64,000 nucleotides of DNA from IMG/VR virus record IMGVR_UViG_3300047352_000567; one strand, 5' to 3'. Shown here in pieces: positions 58,744 through 64,000 of this stretch. The position numbers were made by a program, and so were the translations under genes. This DNA comes from an uncultured virus (IMG/VR IMGVR_UViG_3300047352_000567) (lineage: Duplodnaviria; Heunggongvirae; Uroviricota; Caudoviricetes). How positions within the stretch are numbered: position 1 is the stretch's first letter; every line of letters starts with the position of its first letter. The notes under the pieces were generated by a model that was given only the letters and a program-made list of their open reading frames with translations, did no database searches and was not told the DNA's origin.

Positions 58744-59667
58744 ATGCGCGACTTTTTAGAAAACGCTGCTAAGAAATACTACGAAGGCAACCCAGTCATC
58801 TCTGACGAAGAGTTTGATCGCCTTGCTTCTGTATATCGAACAGATAGTGTGGGCTACCAAGTAACGGACGGTATTCCTCATTATTTTCAGATGTACTCTT
58901 TACAAAAGTTTACATCTAAACCAACCTTTGACCTACTAACCTATGCCTATAGCCCCAAGCTAGACGGAGCTGCTGTCTCTCTTCTTTATGTTGGAGGAGA
59001 GCTAAAACAAGCACTTACAAGAGGCGATGGTAAAGTAGGTAAAGACGTTACAAGTAAGCTAAAGCATCTCGTTCCCAATACTATTGGACTTACTGATACT
59101 GCTTGGACACTTCAAATTACTGGAGAGGTGGTTGCTCCTGCATCTATTCCTAACTCAAGGAATTATGCTGCGGGTGCTCTTAATCTAAAAAGTGATGAAG
59201 AGTTTCAAGAAAGAGCAGTTAATTTTATTGCTTATAATACAGAGCCCGCTATTTGTGCGACCTGGACAGGTGCCATGAATAACTTATTATTCCTAGGGTT
59301 TGGCACAGTATGGAATGTTCAAGAAGGAGTATACCCAACAGACGGAGTAGTTTATCGAAAAGATAACTATAAAGAGTTTGAAAAGATGGGATACACAGCG
59401 CATCATCCTCGTGGAGCCTTTGCTCTCAAAGAACAAAAGAAAGGAGTAGTTACTCAACTACTCGGGGTAGAGTGGCAGGTTGGCAAGAGCGGGGTCGTAA
59501 GCCCTGTAGCTATTCTATCACCAATAAAAATTGGTGATGCAGTAGTTGAAAGAGCTACCCTGCATAATATCGAGTATATTCGGGGACTAAATCTTGAGGT
59601 TGGCTGCAGCGTTGAAGTAATTCGTAGTGGTGAAATTATACCACGAATTTTGCGACGTATTGATTAA
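58744..59667 (+). CDS. ligA: NAD-dependent DNA ligase, subunit A (adenylation + OB)
   Basis: MYSLQK, KLDG, TRGDG, DGVV, RATLHN and RSGEIIP motifs; promoter 58691-58719. Confidence 0.93.
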   Translation: MRDFLENAAKKYYEGNPVISDEEFDRLASVYRTDSVGYQVTDGIPHYFQMYSLQKFTSKPTFDLLTYAYSPKLDGAAVSLLYVGGELKQALTRGDGKVGKDVTSKLKHLVPNTIGLTDTAWTLQITGEVVAPASIPNSRNYAAGALNLKSDEEFQERAVNFIAYNTEPAICATWTGAMNNLLFLGFGTVWNVQEGVYPTDGVVYRKDNYKEFEKMGYTAHHPRGAFALKEQKKGVVTQLLGVEWQVGKSGVVSPVAILSPIKIGDAVVERATLHNIEYIRGLNLEVGCSVEVIRSGEIIPRILRRID

Positions 59668-59779
59668 ACCTACAATTTCATTGAAAATGTAGGATTAAAC
59701 CTACCAACCGAAAAATAGTTCTTGACACACAACCTGATTTTATATATAATATACGTTCAATTTCAAAGGAGTACTTTTA

Positions 59780-60535
59780 GTGGAGAAGATACTTGCACCC
59801 AGCACTTGCCCTAGTTGTGGTGAGTTTCTGAAGTGGGAGAATCATATCCTCTACTGCCGCAATGTCCATTGTGGTAGCCAATCACAAAAGAAAATCGAGC
59901 ACTTTGCTAAGACTTTGAAGATTAAAGGTCTAGGCCCAGCTGCCATCGAAAAACTTGAGTTGAATAATCCTGGCGATCTTTATTTTCTTACACAAGATGA
60001 TATTGGAGAATCTCTGGGGTCAAGAAAGTTAGCTGAGAAATTGTTTGCAGAAATACAAAACTCTAGAAATGCACCACTAAATATGGTATTACCAGCACTA
60101 AGTATTCGTTTGATCGGTAGGACAGCTACTGAAAAACTTTCCAAAATATGTAATGGGCTTCACGAAGTCGATGAGGAAGTTTGTAGTAAAGCAGGTCTTG
60201 GCCCGGCGGCTACTGAGAGTCTGCTTAAGTATCTTGACGGGGGACTTCCTTTTTTCCTCCCTCAGTCTATGATATTTGAGAAGCCAGTGCAAAGAGATAT
60301 TGCTGGTACGGTATGTATTACTGGTAAGCTAAAGAGTTTCAAAACGAAGGCTGAAGCTACGAAAGCATTAGAACAACACGGCTACACAGTAAAAAGTAGT
60401 GTCACAAAAGACGTAACTGTATTGGTCAATGAAAGTGGTATTGAGTCACAAAAGACAATCAAAGCCCGAAATGATGGGCTAACAATTGTGGAAAATTTAC
60501 TTGAATTTTTAGGAGAAAACTATGGCACTGCCTAA
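59780..60535 (+). CDS. NAD-dependent DNA ligase, subunit B (Zn finger, HhH, BRCT)
   Basis: CPSCG...CRNVHC, IKGLG and CITGKL...SVTK motifs; own promoter at 59722-59750. Confidence 0.9.
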   Translation: MEKILAPSTCPSCGEFLKWENHILYCRNVHCGSQSQKKIEHFAKTLKIKGLGPAAIEKLELNNPGDLYFLTQDDIGESLGSRKLAEKLFAEIQNSRNAPLNMVLPALSIRLIGRTATEKLSKICNGLHEVDEEVCSKAGLGPAATESLLKYLDGGLPFFLPQSMIFEKPVQRDIAGTVCITGKLKSFKTKAEATKALEQHGYTVKSSVTKDVTVLVNESGIESQKTIKARNDGLTIVENLLEFLGENYGTA

Positions 60536-61247
60536 GTGGACCGACGAGCGAACCGAAGAGCTCGTATCATTTGTAGGTGACGAGTCACCTATCTCTCAAG
60601 CAACTGTTGCAGAAGCAGCAGAGCAGCTTGAGACTTCAACTCGTTCTATCTCTAGCAAACTGCGAAAGATGGGATTCGAGGTAGAGCTTGCCTCTGCTTC
60701 TAGCACTCGTGCTTTTTCTGAAGCACAAGAAGCTACTCTTGCAACATTTGTGCAAGACAATAGCGGTGAGTATACTTATGCTCAAATCGCTGAAAACTTT
60801 GAGGGAGGCGCATTCGACGCCAAGCAAATCCAAGGAAAGATTCTTTCTATGGAATTGACCTCTCATGTTAAGCCTGCTCCAAAAGTAGAAGCAGTACGTA
60901 CCTACAGCGAAGACGAAGAGGTTACCTTTATCGAAATGGTCAACGATGGAGCCTATGTAGAAGCTATCGCTGAAGCTCTGGGTCGAGAAGTAAACAGTGT
61001 TCGTGGTAAAGCTCTTAGCTTGCTGCGCTCTGGTCATATTGATGCTATTCCTCGCCAAGAGCACACCAAAGGTTCTACTAAAGAAGATCCTTTAGCAGAC
61101 CTGGGTGATCTCTCTTCAATGACCGTTGAAGAGATTGCCGAAGCTATCGGCAAAACTGCGCGTGGTGTAAAAACCATGCTTACTCGTCGTGGCCTTGTTG
61201 CAGAGGACTATGACGGTGCTGCTCGAAAAGAAAAAGCAGCAGGTTAA
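60522..61247 (+). CDS. T5 D5-like DNA-binding protein
   Basis: Repeated HTH-like modules; KTARGVKTMLTRRGLVAEDYDG; synteny. Confidence 0.8.
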   Translation: MALPKWTDERTEELVSFVGDESPISQATVAEAAEQLETSTRSISSKLRKMGFEVELASASSTRAFSEAQEATLATFVQDNSGEYTYAQIAENFEGGAFDAKQIQGKILSMELTSHVKPAPKVEAVRTYSEDEEVTFIEMVNDGAYVEAIAEALGREVNSVRGKALSLLRSGHIDAIPRQEHTKGSTKEDPLADLGDLSSMTVEEIAEAIGKTARGVKTMLTRRGLVAEDYDGAARKEKAAG

Positions 61248-61297
61248 TTTTTTTGTGAGGTACGGTCTTTTGGTGACAGAAGACCTCAACCGGATGC

Positions 61298-62698
61298 TTG
61301 GACAAGGCTACTCCTTGTACCCTGCCTCATTTATCTTCGGGGGAAGTGTTGAATATTGCGAGTGCTTTAATCAAGCAGGTGTTGGCGCTGCAGGACTTTG
61401 AGACCTGGACGTCCGTTCGCAAAGACTATTTACCTAATGAATACCACACTATCTTTGATGTTGTGGATAAGCATTGTGAAAAGTTTCATTCACTTCCCAC
61501 TTTCGAGGATCTCAAGTTTGAGGTACGAGATACTGCAACAGTAGAAAAGCTCTTTGCAATAGAGAGTATAGAAGTGGAAGCTGATGCTTTCATGCTTCTA
61601 CAGTACCTTAAAAATGAGTATACGCAGAAAGAGATCTTAGACTCTCTTGAAACGTATATCGACAACTCTGTAGCTTTTGAAGATGCAGAGGAGTCAGTTG
61701 CACATTTACATCAGATTGTACTCGACGTTGAGAAAAAAGTCGATTTACAAGAACCTCAAGAAAGTATGCAGCGCATAACTTTATTTGAAGATGATACTGA
61801 GATTGGTAAATATCTGCCTCTTGGTCTAAATGCAGACTACGACCGTGAGATTCAGTTCTCTCCCAGAGACTTGGTTCTTATTGGGGGTCGTCGCGGGGCT
61901 GGTAAATCTTTAACTTGTGCAAATATTGCTCATAGTGTGTTTGAGAGTGGCAAGTCGGCTATGTATTTCACTATTGAAATGGATAGTCGATCCATTCTCC
62001 AACGCATATGTTCTATCGCTACTGGTGTACCCTTTTCACGACTTCGGACAAAGAATCTGAGCGTGACAGAGTGGCAGCTAGTAGCAGGCTGGTGGGCCAA
62101 TAGGTTTCAGCAAGGCCAAGATAAATTGATGGAGTACAACGAACACCGTGACTTTGAGAAATTTCATCATAATTTAACAACAAACTGTGAGCTTCTCCCG
62201 ACTCAACAGGTTGATGTGATTTATGATCCAGCTTTGACTCTTGCAAAAATCAAAGCAGAAATGGACAAAAAAGTGAAGTCTCTTAATGTTGCGGTTGTTC
62301 TTGTTGACTATATCAATCAGGTCAAACGCTCTGCAGTACCTTCCCGCATGGGACAATACGATTGGACTGAGCAGATAGAGGTGAGCAAAGCCCTCAAATC
62401 TATGGCGCAAGAGTACGAATGTACTGTTGTGACTCCATATCAAACTGACGCAAGCGGTGAAGCGCGTTTTGCAAAAGGTATACTTGATGCAGCGGATGCT
62501 GCTTATGCTCTTGAAACTTATGACCAAGAGGATGCAGCCATCACGTTCAACTGTACTAAAATGCGTTCTGCCGCTATGCGTTCTTTTACTTCTACTGTCG
62601 ATTGGGAAACAATGAAAATTGGTCCAGACTCTGCAATGACTCCTTCTGAACGAGAACAGTCTGAGCATAAAACTGGCGAAGACATTGACGATCTGTAA
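61298..62698 (+). CDS. Replicative DnaB-like helicase (T5 D6-like)
   Basis: GGRRGAGKS, FTIEM, VDYINQ and LDAAD motifs; true start probably about 61346. Confidence 0.9.
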   Translation: MDKATPCTLPHLSSGEVLNIASALIKQVLALQDFETWTSVRKDYLPNEYHTIFDVVDKHCEKFHSLPTFEDLKFEVRDTATVEKLFAIESIEVEADAFMLLQYLKNEYTQKEILDSLETYIDNSVAFEDAEESVAHLHQIVLDVEKKVDLQEPQESMQRITLFEDDTEIGKYLPLGLNADYDREIQFSPRDLVLIGGRRGAGKSLTCANIAHSVFESGKSAMYFTIEMDSRSILQRICSIATGVPFSRLRTKNLSVTEWQLVAGWWANRFQQGQDKLMEYNEHRDFEKFHHNLTTNCELLPTQQVDVIYDPALTLAKIKAEMDKKVKSLNVAVVLVDYINQVKRSAVPSRMGQYDWTEQIEVSKALKSMAQEYECTVVTPYQTDASGEARFAKGILDAADAAYALETYDQEDAAITFNCTKMRSAAMRSFTSTVDWETMKIGPDSAMTPSEREQSEHKTGEDIDDL

Positions 62699-62765
62699 CA
62701 AAAATATTTCTTGACATTTTTGTTGAAAGCCTGTATAATATACGTTCACATTTCGGAGAATTGTA

Positions 62766-63071
62766 TTGATTATACACGGCAGCATGAATCATACCTATTC
62801 TGGTAGACGTAAGAACAAATTGAAAACAAGGAAGAAAAAACAAGCAGAGTTTGTGCCTCTCAGTAGAGAGAAGCACTCGTTTTCGCCTGCGTGGTGGGAA
62901 GAGAAGAAAAAAGAAATGAAGTCTACTCCATTTCTTCCCTTTGAGCCAAAGCAGCTTGACGATACTTCATACAGAGAAGAAGTAAGTAAAAAGTATACTG
63001 TAAGTATTCCATACAACAAAGGTGCATACCAAGTTGTTCCAAATGACGAAATAAAAAATATTGGTAAATAA
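62766..63071 (+). CDS. Hypothetical protein (IPYNKGAYQVV)
   Basis: Promoter 62711-62739. Confidence 0.65.
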   Translation: MIIHGSMNHTYSGRRKNKLKTRKKKQAEFVPLSREKHSFSPAWWEEKKKEMKSTPFLPFEPKQLDDTSYREEVSKKYTVSIPYNKGAYQVVPNDEIKNIGK

Positions 63072-63072
63072 T

Positions 63073-63321
63073 ATGATGACACTAAACAAAACTCTGATAG
63101 TAACAATGGAGGAGTGTGGTGAGCTTACTCGTGCCTGTGCTAAAGTAGTACGTCATGGCATGGATGAGGATCGTAAGTATCGAAACAATCTCATGGAAGA
63201 GCTAGCGGATGTACAAGCAATGATACATTTAGTTGTAAGTGCTGCTAGTTTTAGTCCTGATTATATAGAAAAACTAGTTGATAAGAGACTAGAAAAAATG
63301 GTAAACCCTCACTACGAATGA
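63073..63321 (+). CDS. MazG-like small protein
   Basis: MEECGEL...EELADV. Confidence 0.7.
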   Translation: MMTLNKTLIVTMEECGELTRACAKVVRHGMDEDRKYRNNLMEELADVQAMIHLVVSAASFSPDYIEKLVDKRLEKMVNPHYE

Positions 63322-64000
63322 ACGTACAAGAACTACTAGAGCAAAAATCGGTACACTTTATACAGAAGGGAAAAGACTATGTAGTTAGATGTCTTAACCC
63401 TGAACACGAAGACCGCAATCCAAGTATGAGAATCGACCAGATTGATGGTCGGTTCAACTGCTTTTCGTGTGGATATAAGGGTAGTATTTTTGTTCATTTC
63501 GGTGAAAAAGCATCTATGATGCAAATGAAGCGAGAAGTAGTAAAAAGAAAAATACAGGAAAAGCGTGCAGAAAATATCGGACTTACTTTCCCAGCTAACT
63601 ATATGCCTTATGTTGGAAATTGGCGTAATATTTCACCCAAAACATATAAAAGGTTTGAAGCTTTCGAGCACACAGGAAGAGACTACATTAGTAGAATAAA
63701 CTTTCCTATTCGAGATATATCTGGAAAGATAGTAGCTTTTCAAGGTAGACACACTGCAGGTGGGGAGCCTAAGTATAAATTTACTCCTCCTGGTGCAAAG
63801 CTGCCGCTCTTTCCACAGGTATCTCCCAAGCTAGGAGAGATTATCCTTGTTGAAGGTATTTATGATGTAATAAATTTACATGATAAAGGTCTTAAAAATG
63901 CAATGTGCTGTTTTGGCACAAATAATATAAATGAAGATAAGCTACGTATGCTGCAAATGCAGGGAATCAGTAGAGTAGCTGTCTTTCTTGATGGAGATGA
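63318..64000 (+). CDS. DNA primase (CHC2 Zn finger + TOPRIM), truncated by window
   Basis: CLNPEHEDRNPS...CFSCG, LVEGIYD and FLDGD motifs; ATGA overlap at 63318; absent from the ORF track. Confidence 0.92.
   Translation, partial: MNVQELLEQKSVHFIQKGKDYVVRCLNPEHEDRNPSMRIDQIDGRFNCFSCGYKGSIFVHFGEKASMMQMKREVVKRKIQEKRAENIGLTFPANYMPYVGNWRNISPKTYKRFEAFEHTGRDYISRINFPIRDISGKIVAFQGRHTAGGEPKYKFTPPGAKLPLFPQVSPKLGEIILVEGIYDVINLHDKGLKNAMCCFGTNNINEDKLRMLQMQGISRVAVFLDGD

Noticed and set aside
1..64000. Alternative genetic code or prophage/host DNA
   Set aside because: Core genes are intact in code 11; no integrase, repressor or host housekeeping run is present

Overview
A 64-kb segment of a lytic, T5-like (Demerecviridae-type gene order) siphovirus, probably marine, with a likely proteobacterial host (host is inferred). 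1-40.9 kb, minus strand, is the virion module: a >3,500-aa tail-fibre ORF that the ORF track misses because it runs off the left edge, lambda-like tail-tip genes (M, L, K, I, J), tape measure, frameshifted tail chaperones, tail tube, fused protease-capsid, portal, HNH, TerL and TerS. About 3 kb of small genes lie between TerS and TerL, including seven Lys/Arg-rich micro-proteins. About 41.1-43.7 kb is a GC-richer block resembling the T5 pre-early (first-step-transfer) region. It carries a Fur-box-like site, a perfect parS palindrome and an ORF-free tract dense in promoters and repeats. 43.7-64 kb holds early and replication genes driven by many near-consensus sigma70 promoters: PPK2, A2-like paralogues, a circularly permuted (two-piece) tmRNA, tRNA-Cys, unassigned structured RNAs (one about 450 nt), bS21, Hsp20, rubrerythrin, holin and lysozyme, a glycosyltransferase plus PlcP-like phospholipase pair, a DenV-like protein, D2/D3/D5, split NAD ligase, helicase and primase. 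All protein calls come from motif recognition and synteny; no database searches were run.
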